DNA of 63,484 bases, the filler included, from Rhabdomonas costata (taxonomy: Eukaryota), in assembly GCA_019059605.1 (NCBI GenBank). It is 43 parts of 43 records of this genome, joined end to end, with 100 filler letters (N's around TTAATTAATTAA, not from the genome) between each part and the next. Parts side by side here need not be neighbours in the genome. Positions count along the whole stretch, not along the records: positions 1 to 1,380 come from JAHMHO010017672.1; positions 1,481 to 2,860 come from JAHMHO010017673.1; positions 2,961 to 4,340 come from JAHMHO010017674.1; positions 4,441 to 5,820 come from JAHMHO010017675.1; positions 5,921 to 7,300 come from JAHMHO010017676.1; positions 7,401 to 8,780 come from JAHMHO010017677.1; positions 8,881 to 10,259 come from JAHMHO010017678.1; positions 10,360 to 11,739 come from JAHMHO010017679.1; 35 more parts are not named here. One strand, given 5' to 3'. The notes beneath the pieces were generated by a model. The model searched no databases. It worked only from the letters and a program-made list of their open reading frames with translations, and was not told the origin of the DNA. Numbering within the stretch: the stretch's first letter is position 1; each line of letters begins with the position of its first letter. Positions 1 through 13,219 of the stretch are shown here, one piece after another. Position numbers and translations under genes: made by a program.

Positions 1-1380
1 AAAGGGTTTTGAAGAAGTCGCGGACGTTGGCGTTCACTCAGCTTGTGATTGGACTTTTGCAGGGTGTAATGCTGGAGGCGGAAATGGACAGGACACATCG
101 GGAGCAGCTTTTGGGGGCCTTCTTCAAAACAGTTAAGGTACCCGTGTGGTGCAGCGCTGTCGTGTTCTTGCTATGTCCTTGGGGGGAGGTGCCTTGTGTT
201 CAAGTCAAACTTTGTCGTTGGTTCACAGATTCTCTCACGTATTCCTTTTACAATTGTTTACAATTGTAAAAAAAAAAAAGACTGTAAAAAAAGGCTTAGA
301 AAATCGAACTCTTTTGTTCATAGTCCCAACAAACTTGCTTTTTCCAAATACGAAATTCCAAATCTGGTGTCTTCACATCCTCCAAAATTTGATTGCAAAA
401 ATTTTAGCCGAAAAAAGGAATCCTGATATTCTTGTTTAAAGGTCAAGAAAAGCTCCGAAAATGATGCACTTTTAGGACTGTTCCATAAGTCTTTGAGGTC
501 GGAGGTGACACCTTTGTTGCAACCCAACATTCCTTGTACTCTTCGACATGTGATTTGGTTATGTTTTGGGTGAGAGAAGGGGGATGCGTTCATCCCCCCT
601 CCCCGTTTTTATGTGTCCGGAGGGGGGATCATCATCCTCTTTTGGGGGTGAGTTTTCGCATATGTTCAGGTTTGCACAGAGCTGCTCAGTCAGCCCCAGC
701 AGGAGTGGCTCGACACCAACCTCGACCTAACCGCGTGGTTTCACAAGGAGTTCCCTTCCCTGAACTGGGCCCTAGCTCCTGTTTCAAAACAGGTGGCGTG
801 AGCCTGCGACCAGGACCTTTTGTTTGCTGCTCGAAAGGTCGCCGGTCTGGTCTCTAAACCCCTTCTACCCTTGCACTTTTTTTTCTGAGCCTTTAGTATG
901 GCCACATAAAAGCACGTTGTATTCATTGTACTTTTTTCATTTCGGGCACCCCACTCATCCGAATTCGCACGTTTTTGGTTGAGGATAATTGCAAATGGAA
1001 CAAGCTTACCTCCCACTTTCTATCGTTTTTTGAACGTAAATTCAATGGGCTTTGACAGCCCACTATGTTGCGCACACCAAGTTGTGCATAAGTTTCGACT
1101 GAACAGCATGTGCCTTCTTGTCACTTTGTCACCCTGTCCTTCCTCTCGATTTCATAACCCACTGTGGGAAAGGGGCTCGGGACACTCCCGGAACTCCTAT
1201 GATCCGCTCTGGATTCCGTTTTATACCTTTCCGTTTCTGACGTTTCCACCAGGATGACCAGTACGTCTCACTGCATGCCCTGGAAGGGGGCTGTCTAATT
1301 TGCCCTACTCTTTTCGTATTCGTAGTTTATTGACGAAGTGGAGCAGCGCATTGAGTCGTTCCGGAAACTCCCCACACAAC

Positions 1381-1480
1381 NNNNNNNNNNNNNNNNNNNN
1401 NNNNNNNNNNNNNNNNNNNNNNNNTTAATTAATTAANNNNNNNNNNNNNNNNNNNNNNNNNNNNNNNNNNNNNNNNNNNN
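1381..1480. other. Artificial contig linker (first of 42; recurs about every 1.48 kb, last at 62008-62107)
   Basis: Invariant 44 N + TTAATTAATTAA + 44 N with stops in six frames; unrelated content on either side. Confidence 0.99.
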
Positions 1481-1924
1481 TTGTTTTGGTCCTTGGGAAG
1501 GTGGAAGGTGAGAAAAGTCTGGCTATGTGCAGCCCGACTCTGCCAGTTTGCTCAAACAAACACACGCCACATGATGAGCTCCCGTGGAGTTTGACTGTCA
1601 GCGAATGCATAACTGACATTTGGAACTTTGGTTCAGTATGTGGACTGGTTCGGCGGAAAAATTTGCGTAACAAGATGCTTGTTCGCTGTCAGTTACCGAG
1701 TGCCAGGGCATCCTGTGGTGAGGTTTAGTACTGATGCTTGTTTGTCTGTGTTCCTTCACCATTTTTTGTCCACAAAATAACGGCACTGCGTCACAATAGC
1801 TCAGTTGCACAGACACAAAAAGAAACGCACGCAACAGTGGAACGAAACGGGCACAAGATACCGAGGTACCCAGACAGCCGCATAAAGAAAAATTTACAAA
1901 GGACAAGTGACAAGGGAGCGAGCA

Positions 1925-1946
1925 AGAGAGAGAGAGAGAGAGAGAG
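1925..1946. repeat. (AG)n microsatellite; similar (AG/CT)n tracts near 6369-6392, 45603-45620 and 55888-55909
   Basis: Seen directly. Confidence 0.9.
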
Positions 1947-4900
1947 GAGGTACACACAGCCCAGTGCTTCAAAGGCAAAAGAAGGTAGTGTCTGGGGACC
2001 GAGCACACACTGCCAAGATGTGGATGGGGTAACCTTTACACAAACACACCTGTAGTCTACGTTCTAGTAATCGCAAGGAAGTGAATGCAACACTGCCCAC
2101 CCAAGTTGGCGCCCAAACGCTGCTGCCAAACCTGCCGAGATGCGGCCCCAGAGAGGAGAGAGCGGGGTACAGTTCAGAGGCCGAGCCCCCATTTGGGAAC
2201 GGCTTCTCCATATCAGAGCTAATTTCTTTTTTTTGGATTCCTTCTCGTGATTGTAGTTTGTGACAATGTATTTGGGCCGACTCGCATGTGTTTCGGCTTC
2301 GTTGATAGCAGCCGTGCTACTCCTCTGGTGTCTGCGCTGTTGGTCATTGGCACAATGATGGCGGGATTCGAAAAAGTAGCTGGTCCAATCTCAGTTGCAA
2401 GCTCCGGAACCGCACCCGATTCAGCATTTCGCTGTTGATACCGGCCCCAATCCATCGTGTCGTTGATGAACGTATTCAGGGAAATTTTTGCATCACTGTC
2501 CAGCGCCCAGGCTGTGGGCCAGATTTGATAGCAGTGGCTCCCTGATAATCCACCTGCCCAATGCTTTCATTTCACTGCAATTTGACCTCTCGCACACTTT
2601 TTTGTTCTGAACGTTGGTATTGTGTCAAAATACAATAATAATATACTGACGAGTGGGTTTTGTGATACTGCTATGCTCAGGGCGCCTTCATGCGACCAGC
2701 AGCAGGCGTCTTCAGCGTTCAGGAATGTCCTTCAGCAGACAGAGTTTCTGAGGTAACTGCGTTTTCTGCCGACGGGGAGGGGAGGGGACACGTTACGAGC
2801 TGCTGCGAGATCAGAAGGCTGCTCCTGTGTAACTCCAACCCAACTTGTTAAAACCCCCCCNNNNNNNNNNNNNNNNNNNNNNNNNNNNNNNNNNNNNNNN
2901 NNNNTTAATTAATTAANNNNNNNNNNNNNNNNNNNNNNNNNNNNNNNNNNNNNNNNNNNNCCCCACCCCGGTCCCAGACCTCAGATCATACATTCCCAGG
3001 AGATGGACTCAACTTCTGACGGGTCAACAAGTTCCCCCAGCCCCCCAGCCGACAACCAAAAACCCCGCATTGTGGTGTGAAATAGGTATGGATGCCTAGG
3101 GCTCTGCGGAGTGAGTATGGCCAACAGACAGCTCGAGCCTGGACTTTCAGACGCCCCAGCGGCAAGCAAACGACGACATCCATCGTTTATTTGACAAGAC
3201 TGGCGCACACTTCGGAGCACGTTGGAGCAATTCCGTGCATCCGTCAACCAGGGAGCTGAGGCAGGTGAAAGAGCATCAGAGGACGTATCGCACATCACGT
3301 GGTAGCGCTCTATATGGAACCAGTGCGAGGACACACAACAAATGTTCGCAACTCCGCGAATCCTGCAAACGATGTCTGGATGTCTCATCCCAACCTCCTT
3401 CTACCCAGCCCCAACCGTGCATTGGCTTGCCCAATCCGATGCCGCAGAGGGTTCGAATGCGTCCCCCAACTTGTCGCGCCAGTGTCGCGCCATACCCACG
3501 TCGCGAGAGTATCGCCACAGAGCCGTCCAATAGTGTCGACATCCCCGTAGGCGTGCGCGTACTTGAACCTTAGGTACATCAGCGCAAGGTCGTTGAGATC
3601 CATTGACGGCATCACCTAAGGTGGAGAGGAAGCCTCCCAAAATGGAGAAGAGGCATTACTTACCCTTTTTGGGGGGGGGGGGGGGGGTCCGAAAAAACCA
3701 GAAGCCAAGTGTGAGACTTGCTCCGCCCAGCCCAAAGGTCCTGCATCCGCAGAGTCACCGAAAACGATCGGGAAACCGAGAGAAAACAACAAGAGGACCC
3801 AACAAACCTCAATCGACATAAGTCGTAACGGTTGCCAGTGATGATAGAAATAAAAAATAAAAAGACCTATGACACTTTAACAACAAAAAGGACTGGAAAA
3901 ATGTCTGAGACATTCTTTCGCTGAGACAGACACAGCTCCCAAAGGGAGGGAGGGGGGGGCGGTAAGGATGTGACAAGCGGCTCCCGCCGATCTGCGCCTC
4001 TATCCAAAGGGTATTGTGCTTTTCGTAGGACATATGACCGCCGGCGCAAGAAGGCCACAACCCCTGACAGACTTAGATACCGCGTAGGGACCACCCATTC
4101 CCAGGCGAATGGGAAGGATGCGAAGCTGGCGCCACGCGAAGTGGAGGCGTTCTCGAAGCCTGCAGAGCAAAAATGAGGAAACGGGAAAGCCTCAGCTAAA
4201 AACAAAACAAGGCAGCACTTGAAATAATACTTTGACCTTCATCTTCCCGCGAATGAAGGACCCTTTGAACAAATGCGTATGACAGACAAACTTTCCCAGG
4301 CGACGGTTTGTTTCCCTACTGCACTTAGAGACAACCCACANNNNNNNNNNNNNNNNNNNNNNNNNNNNNNNNNNNNNNNNNNNNTTAATTAATTAANNNN
4401 NNNNNNNNNNNNNNNNNNNNNNNNNNNNNNNNNNNNNNNNGTTTGGGTAATCTGGTGTTCTTTGGGCGCATTTGCGAGTGAACGGGGGTGGCGTTGCAGC
4501 TACACCTCAAAGTGTATCTGCAAATTGGGTGTGTACGCTGTGCCTTTTCTTTTGGAGGTATGCCCTGGAACACACGCTGTGTTCTTTTTTTCAAGTTTTT
4601 CCACCCGTCACAACCGGTTGGTGCGCTCTGCAGGCATGTGCCCCTGTCTGCCTGCTTTGTTCACTCACTTTTGGTCCTTATCCCATGGGGACGAGTACCC
4701 TCCCCTCTGCATGTGCGCTAATTTTCGCTCTCGTGGACGTGCTTGATGAAAAGGGTAAGTGAATAAGTGCAGCATCTGTGATGAGTAGTGTATCTTCCCC
4801 CCTGGTCACATGTTCCCCTTCAGTCCCAACGTCGAGACGAAGAGAGAGAGAGAGAGCCGGGTTGCAGGCACACCGTAGTTATGCCCTAGCGCGGTTTGGT

Positions 4901-7400
4901 TAAGCTCCTTGGATGTGCAAAGTGCTGAAAACAAAATGTGTTGCGACACATGCTTTGAAATGAAATTGTGTGAGTTTGCGTCTGTACCGCTAGAGCGCCC
5001 TTGTCCCTGTGTCTGCTGGGGACACTGTCGGTGCAGGTTTTGGAACGGAGAGGTCAGCTCTGCTATGACACACGTTCCCAACACGATCCCATACCTTGCT
5101 TTTTCTTTGTGTTAGTGTGTGTGCTTTGTGCTTTGTGTGCGTGGGTGAGAGAGAGAGCTTCTGCTTTTTTTTTTTTTGCGTCTTTGTATGCACTGTATTC
5201 CCAGCAAAGAGCTTTTGAGGGTTCGCGTTTCAGGTGGACACGAGTCAGCAGCACGATTGTGCAGAAGTTAGATGCGATCACAGTTGTAAAAGCCTCTCGT
5301 TTCCCACTGAAAACCACTGACGCCATGCATATTTCACTTCCGCATGGCGTTCATGATTCCTTGGCTGCAAGTACGAATGAGTGCGTTTTGTGAATTTTTA
5401 TTAGCGTCCAATTTAGTGGGTAGTTGTGCAAGTTGCCCGAGTTCTGCTTCAATTATTCTTATTTACATTCGGCTGAAATTGGTGTGTAATAGAGCATACC
5501 ATTCCAAAGTATCTGAGATGCGCGCATCAAATTCCGGTATGAAGGTTTGGCATAGCTTTCCTTTTGTACTCCACCTCGAGCATGGCTCCCTAATCCGTGT
5601 AAGTTGCGGGGGGGGGGCTCCCCCCTCCCGTACCTCCCCCCCGCAAATGAACCGCTGGGGAGCGTGTATGGCGACCTAACCCTGTGCAAATCTTCTATTA
5701 TCATAAAGCGTCCTCTAAATCTCTGGGGGAGTACAACAGGAAAGCTGTGCCGAAGTTTTTTCTGCGTGACTTCCAAATGCTATCTATTTTGGAATTGTTA
5801 TCTTCTTTTGCCGCAAAAACNNNNNNNNNNNNNNNNNNNNNNNNNNNNNNNNNNNNNNNNNNNNTTAATTAATTAANNNNNNNNNNNNNNNNNNNNNNNN
5901 NNNNNNNNNNNNNNNNNNNNGTTTTGGAGTTGAAGCTGGCGCGCCCGCGCACCCTCGTAGCCCCGCCACCCCAGCAGGAAGAGAAAGCACCACAACCGTC
6001 AGGTCACCGAAGAGAAGCGGGAGTCGCGAAGGACCCCGCCCCGCGCCGCGCAAGGCGGCTGAGTGAGATTAAAGCCAGGTACTTGGTGTATACCAAGGTA
6101 AGCCCCGGCAGCGCCCAACGCGCGTCACAGGCGTTCGGGAAGCGGTGGGTCCGAAGCCGGTCCGCAGTCCTTTGAACCCAAAGGTAAGTGGCCAGGCAGA
6201 AGGCAGGGCCGTCACACAGCCTCTTTTGGGGGGGGACTCTCTTGCGGGGGCGCGGACAGTTACTCTGCCCACGCGTTGCTTGATCACCGGGATCGTAAGG
6301 TTCGGTAGCCACCTGCGCCGCAATCTTGATGGAAAGGCGCCCGAAGGACGCGCGCGCTGTCGGAGGCATCTCTCTCTCTCTCTCTCTCTCTCCCTCCCTC
6401 GCTCGCTCGCTCGCTCGCACTAGAATTTTACACCTGAGGGGGGGAAATGAAGGCATGGCGTCGATTGATGTCCAGGCTTTCCGCAAAATTTCCCATCCAA
6501 AAATTCCAAAAAAACTATTTTTATCCCTTCCGGCTCCTTTTCCCGAATTCGCGCATTTTTGTAAGGTTGATCGCCCATCGGAAATGCACCAATCCCAATA
6601 TTTCGGACCTCTCGTCCTCGTTGTTGGGCCCGGTGTGGCCGAAGGCAGTACCGATCAGGAAACCGGGCCTGCTGGGCCTTGCTTTTGGGTGGTTGTCCGT
6701 GGTGGTCTCCGAGTATCCTTGCGACCGGAACTCTCGGACCAACCTTCTCGGTGCCTCCCCTCCCTGGAGCCGTCCATTGCCCCACTCCGCAACACCAGAA
6801 GTGCTGCGCTCGGGAAGGGCTGAACGGCCCCCACCCTCTTCCACACTTCACCGCATTGCCAAAATAAAAGATAATGTCAAAATAAAAACAACAATAACCT
6901 GCAATATAAATATATGGGTGCTGCCTGCTCCCTGGCCCCAAAACCCCCCCCAAATTCTTAAATGGAGGATCACCCAAGCGCAGTAATCTCAGGTTCAGGA
7001 ATAGCTTTTTTCTAATTTTATCACAAAAAGGAAAATGCCTCAATTGAAATGGGACACCTGGTCGTTCACACCGGCTGTCCTGCGCGCCCATACAGTTGCA
7101 AGGGGGAACCAGTTTCAACCATTACCTGACCTTAAGTGTTTCTCTGCTTATAAAAACTATGCGTGCTCATTTGAATAAAACACCACGCGATACAGGAAAG
7201 ATGAATGAAAAATGCAGTTTATCGATCCAAGCGCATGTAAAACGAAAATGTACACCAATACGACACTACAAACAGATTGATTAACGGCACCCGCCAAAGG
7301 NNNNNNNNNNNNNNNNNNNNNNNNNNNNNNNNNNNNNNNNNNNNTTAATTAATTAANNNNNNNNNNNNNNNNNNNNNNNNNNNNNNNNNNNNNNNNNNNN

Positions 7401-7740
7401 TTTGGTGGGCGCGGGGGACGGGGGGCGCTCCCCGGCTTCGGCGATGCGGCCTGCGAGCTCGCTGTAGGCGGACTGCAGGATCGACCCGTCAACCTCCGGG
7501 GTGAGGAGCTGGTGAGCCAGGCGCAGGACTTTCGCGTACAGCTGGTCCTGGTCGGAGAGGAACGGGTGGCCCAGCAGGAGCTCCAGAGAAGCAGAAGAGA
7601 GGGTGTCAGGGAGAGTGGGCGGAGGCTGCGGGGCGAGGCTGAGACTAAGAGCTGCGAATTTGGCCTCCAGGTCGGTTTTGGACGCTGCAACCTGGGACTG
7701 TAGCGCCAGGTGTTTGTTCCAGGCTTTGCTGGGAGGCCTG
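7401..7740 (-). CDS. Exon of a hypothetical protein (boundaries approximate)
   Basis: Open GC3-rich frame KAWNKHLALQSQVAASKTDLEAKF...LLLGHPFLSDQDQLYAKVLRLAHQLL running off the contig; family not recognised. Confidence 0.4.
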
Positions 7741-10026
7741 GATCTGCTGTACCGCCGACAGCAGTTGTTGGAGCAAGGCAGTGGGATGTAAAGAGTGAAC
7801 ACGTGCCACACAAACAAAAAAGTGAGTCTAGAATGAGGTGGGTGGAAAAACAGCAGTGAAAATCTTTTGCGAAAATGGGAAGGTTGCGCCAAGAGTTGGG
7901 TAAGTCAACGACCGGAGAAGGGTTTTTGATTTTTTCATGAAGTAACTCTTTGGCTAAGCTTCCCTTTAATTATGGTCGTGCATCACTTCAATCCCGACGT
8001 AATACCAAACAAGCCCATTTGTGAACGGGTATTGAAAGAAATGGAAGTCTGTAAACGCTTTTGAGTAATGCGGCTGCAGTAACGCAATGATGCGTGTCTT
8101 AGAAGCCGGTGAATGTAAAATTGCGGGCATTTCTTATTTCAATTATACACAATCACTCAGATGTTCAGATGTCAGATGGTCAAATTTTTAAATTTTGGAG
8201 TAGTATTCTTATTGTTTAAGAAAATGGTTTCAGGTTTCATTCTTCTTTAGCAGTTGTGGGATCTGCAAACTGGACATTTGTCATCAGTTGGTTTAAGACG
8301 GAGCGACCACACATCTGCTGTTGTGCCGTATGTTATATCACATAATCCCTCCAAAACGAGGCTACAATAAAATTTATAAACTTTAAAAAAGTCCGTTTCT
8401 GAAGACCAAGAATGATGAACCACAGGCACGAATGTGTAGCGCACAGTCGAAGGGGAAGAGATGATAGAGGAGTAGGTGGAGGACTTGTTGCAGGGGTAAT
8501 GGAACATGACCACAAAGGCGGGATCTGTGCTGGAGAGGACGTCATCGTACTACTGCCAGTGCTCGAGTGCACCGAAGGCACGAAGTGGGGTCGCTCCGTG
8601 CGGACCTGTGTTGCAGCAGTGACCTGATGCTTTGGTTTGTCCAAACACTATCCAAACACTAATCCGATTAATGATTAATTATTGGTCAGGGGTCGGTTCC
8701 CGTGTGCTCTGCTCCCGGCTCCTCTCCATCGGACTACTGACGCCCGCAAGGGTGAAACGAGCACATGGGAACCAACCCCCNNNNNNNNNNNNNNNNNNNN
8801 NNNNNNNNNNNNNNNNNNNNNNNNTTAATTAATTAANNNNNNNNNNNNNNNNNNNNNNNNNNNNNNNNNNNNNNNNNNNNATTAGGAAATTTTTCTTTTG
8901 GCCATCGTTCACACCTTTCATATTGTAGTTTTGGTTATTAGCACTGTTGCAACACATTTCCAGTGTCATGTGTAAATTGTCGTGGTGAATAATATCAGCT
9001 GATGGTGCTGCATTTTATAAAAATTATAAAATATTACAAAAAAATTTCCAACGCAGCAACAGTGTTGTCTCATATGGGAGAATTGTTGTATGGGTTCGTC
9101 CTCTTCCTCCGTCTTATGAAACAAATGTGGATTGTGTTTCCACCTCCGACTGAAAGTTTTCTCTTCATCCATCGCTGGCCCCCTTCTCCCTTCTTCGTGT
9201 TTGCGGACTTCCGAAAAAATGACTACACTCAGTAATTTAACGCAAGGCTGGGAGGAAACCCCTCTGGTCATCTGGTCAGAGTCAGGTGATGCCAATTCCC
9301 TGTCGCTCGGTGGCTTCGGGCCACGTACCCCGCAATGACAGTTGTATTCAGGTCCATGATTAGGCAATCCTGTGGGATTTGAGGGTGGCGATTACATGGT
9401 TCAACGTACCTTATCGGCGCCTGTCCTACAAATCGGCGACCTCCCGTTGGGCGACCGCGCTGATGTGCAGATCGACTAATCCTATGCACGAAAGTCTGGA
9501 AGCAGCGCCGCATCTTGGCCTCGGTACGTCTCGAATGCCCCCTCGACTCCGATCGCATTGTAGTCGTCCCGGTGGCACCTGCCCATCCTACCCACCCCCA
9601 CGACCCAATCTCCACCACGCCCATCCATCATAACTTTACGTCAGCAATCACAGCAGACATGCAAGCATTGCAGGCACTGCACCGCCAATATGCGGCGGAG
9701 GGAGCGGACCCTACTTAACACGCCGGCTGCCTTCGGACGGGACATGCCTCGGCATACGCGAACATTGTTTGAATTGTGCTGGAAACACCACGTGCAATTG
9801 TGATGACGGAAGTGGCATAACAACAATCTTTTTCGGCCTCATTCTCCGTTGCTCGAGTTGTGAAACACGTATCATACTTGTGGCTTGTTTGCTTTCTAAG
9901 GGACGCTCTTGAACTCCCTTCTTTTTGCGCTTTCTCCTTCATTTTCCTTTGCTTTCACTTTCGCCTTGACTTCTTATCGAACTTGCTGCTGCCGCTTCGC
10001 GGGCGTTCATCACGAGGGTGTTCGAT

Positions 10027-10213
10027 ATGTCCTGCCCAACTCCTGCGGAAGTCTACGTCAAGGTCCTTACCCACGTGCTCTCCCTGAAGGTCCTCCTGAC
10101 GGTTTTCTTCATTGCTCTGATGGTCATCGCGGGCTTCCTGGGGTTCTACCTTACCTACGTGCAGAGCCAGCAGAGCCTGCGGGACATTGCGGAGGTGGAT
10201 ATGCAGGAGGCCG
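10027..10213 (+). CDS. N-terminal fragment of a membrane sensor (TM helix plus start of an extracellular helix; receptor adenylate cyclase/Cache-like)
   Basis: LSLKVLLTVFFIALMVIAGFLGFYLTYVQSQQSLRDIAEVDMQEAA; bases after about 10213 are a fold-back copy. Confidence 0.5.
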
Positions 10214-10359
10214 CGCAGGCTCTGCTGGCTCTGCACGTATGTAAGGTAGAACCCCAACCNNNNNNNNNNNNNNNNNNNNNNNNNNNNNNNNNNNNNNNNN
10301 NNNTTAATTAATTAANNNNNNNNNNNNNNNNNNNNNNNNNNNNNNNNNNNNNNNNNNNN

Positions 10360-11465
10360 TTTTGGTGGTGGAGGGCAGGGGGAGGCTCCGGGCATGAGTC
10401 CGAGCAGAGGGAAGGATGCCGTGGTCTGAGGAGAACAGCCGGGACTGCTCCCAGTTCGCGGAGTAGGCTTCGGGGGAGACCCGCTGCGAGGCAAACGCGA
10501 CGCAGGAGACAATCTGCTGGTGGCCCTTGAGGACATGATGGGGCTCGCCAGTGCTGATGTTCCACACGATCACCGTACGGTCCCAGCTGTGTACGGGGTG
10601 CGGACAGGGGACGGGATGTGAATAGAAAAGGGTTAAGCACGAGGGTGTGAACATTAATAACACAAAAAACAATCAAGTAGCTACTCGTAATCGCTGAAGC
10701 GCAGAAGGATCTGCTTGCGTGTCATCATCTCGTCAAGAAGACAAAAACCAAGGAGGGCGGCTAAAATGCAGCACAGACCTGCAGGAGGCCAGCAGAGTGT
10801 CGTCGGAGTTAAAGCACACCCCACTGACCCAGTAGCGGTGCCTTGCCAGCGAGCGGAACACGGTTCCATCGATCAACATAAAGGTGGAAGGCGACTTCTG
10901 CAGCTTCATGCTTGGAAGCGAGCAGAACGTCCCCTTCGCCGACTGCGCACACCAAATCAAGACGAACTGCCATACGCGGCCCTCCTATATTGCCGACATC
11001 AATTTCTACTGCAATTTCTGTGAAATATCGATGCGAGTGCACGGTGAAGCACAGCGCTCAAGCAGGCCTGGGTAGCTGGTAATAGAGTTGCGCAACACTG
11101 AAAGCGGTTTCGACATCTTGCCCAAAATCCTCTGAAAACGCCTCCAATATTCAGGGCCCCACATATGCTCACTCTACCCCCCGCGCATGTGCTTCGGTTG
11201 CCCTCCCCTTCTGAGATCTTCGCCCTATTGTGCGGCGCACTGCGATCCAAAAAACACTCCATGGGAGGAGGGGTATGCCACGGGTAGGTGCGGGGAAAGG
11301 GCACACTTTGGTGTGGTCGCGGTAAATGGTGGAGGCGCGCTTGTGTAGCGGGCGAGGCCGGTCGGGGTCCCCACACTCCGAGCCTGGGAGGATGTCCCCG
11401 GAGTCACTCATCCACATCCGCTCCACCAGTAGGTCGTACATCGGAGCCTCCGCCAGCATGTGGGC
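10360..11465 (-). CDS. WD40-repeat protein, three exons (11465-11307, 10942-10779, 10586-10360)
   Basis: Phase-compatible GT-AG introns give LARHRYWVSGVCFNSDDTLLASCS/WDRTVIVWNISTGEPHHVLKGHQQIVSCVAF. Confidence 0.85.
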
Positions 11466-12994
11466 CTGCGCTCTGCGTTCATAGGGAGAACCTTAATCAC
11501 AGCTGCATCGGCACAGGAAGACAATTACAGAGACAGCGTTTTCTTTTATCTCTGGGATTTCGAAGAACTGTCAGCTGAATACGGGGTGCTTGCGCCAACC
11601 ACGTGTGGCGGCGGCCATTCAGGGAAAATTTCGGTCTTGGACAAAGTCCGACGACTCACCTGGCGAAGCTCCCCAGGGAGCCCAGGCAGCGCGCCTGGAA
11701 GGTGCTGCGAATGTCCTCGAGATGGAACCCCAAAAAAACNNNNNNNNNNNNNNNNNNNNNNNNNNNNNNNNNNNNNNNNNNNNTTAATTAATTAANNNNN
11801 NNNNNNNNNNNNNNNNNNNNNNNNNNNNNNNNNNNNNNNTGTTGTGGTGGGCTACCAGGCTGCCAAGGTCCAGCCACCCTGGCGAGGATGGATTGCCCTG
11901 CGGACAGCCCTCAAACGGGCACCGAAAGACGGACGAAGGCCCATCTGGTGCTGCCGAGGGTTCATTTTGCGTTGGCCAAGCCAGCCCGTTTTGCTAGGCT
12001 TTGGTGGACTTGTTAAGTTAATTGTTACCACTGGCAACCATTGCCAGCCCCAACGTGAAGAGTGCGCAGTTTGGGTTGCAGGCATGGTGTCAATCAGGGG
12101 GGGTTAATTGAAACAGAGTTGGAATAGCAGGTGGAGGAAACCACCCTCCTGGTCGAGAGGAAGTGGATCCCGACAAAAGAGTTGAAGCCCGAACCGCACG
12201 AGGGGCAGCCCACAATAAGAAAAACGGGAAGGTGAGGAACTTTTCCGGGCTTGTGACCCTTGTCTTCCCGAGTACATTTGTTCCTTTAAACCACGCCACA
12301 CCTGTGTTCTACACTCTTTCTTGACATTTCCCCTCTTTTACTTACTGGAATTGAACTTCACTTCTCAAGTCCCGTTTCTTGCCTTTCTTTCCAAAAACCA
12401 CGCGAACTTAATGACCTGACCCTGACCTGTGCTGCTCTTTGATAAAGAAGAAAACTATACGCAACAAAAACAAACCTGCAAATTAGGATGCAAAAGAAAT
12501 GGACTAGAGGGCCACCCCAACGCCGGAACAAACGAGCTTTTGCCGAGAGGAGCCCAAACGAAACGGCAAACAGCAGGGCATAAGAATATGGGGCACAATT
12601 TTTTTTGGCCAAATGGGGCATGCCCGCACAAAGGTGCTTACAGATCACGCCACTGCGCTATTTTTCGACCAGATTATTGCCCTTGTGTTAGGAGAGTAAA
12701 CAGGTAAAAAGAGGACAAACAAAACGGGCACTACACAATTCTACAATGCAGGCGGGTAAAAAGCGCGGCACAACTGTTTCCCTACTGTTTTTTCCTTAGT
12801 ACCTTTGAGGTGCAATGTGAGTTAAAATTTGTTCTAGGAAGGGAATAAATTGTTTAACAATTTAATTTTATCCCCTTTTGACCATAAAAGAGAACCAGAG
12901 CATGGACAGTGTCCTAAAAGGTGCTACAAACGCAAGAAAAGCAGCTGCAAAGCTCGATAGATAAAATACTTTTGTGAGAAACTTGTGCTTGTGC

Positions 12995-13219
12995 TGCTTG
13001 GCGAGAGAGCATTTCCTCCCTGAAGTGCGGACGCGAGCTCCGTCCTCTTCACACGGCATCATTTCTTCTGCACAGGGCGTCCAGCAGGGCGACCCACTTG
13101 GACCTGCCCTCTTCTCTGTCGGAACACTCGCAGCAGTGGAGTTGGCTCGGCATTTCGTGAGCTGGGGAGTTTGGTTTTTGCTTGGCACACCACACCAGTT
13201 GTCCCAGGCACACAACACC
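12995..13219 (+). mobile_element. Degenerate non-LTR retrotransposon reverse transcriptase fragment (CRE/RLE-type)
   Basis: IISSAQGVQQGDPLGPALF (RT QGxPL motif) followed by VWFL-LGTP, where the catalytic DD is missing. Confidence 0.8.

Noticed and set aside
2961-3620. Possible decayed retroelement on the minus strand (similar impressions at 6930-6990 and 43780-44260)
   Set aside because: No diagnostic motif that I can defend
8247-8560. Kinase-like DVWSL, RING-like CPVCRS and thioredoxin-like words on the minus strand
   Set aside because: Isolated short motifs from incompatible families with no surrounding domain
10870-10940. Hairpin within the WD40 exon as a euglenid non-conventional intron
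   Set aside because: A phase-compatible CAG acceptor at 10943 explains the exon with conventional splicing
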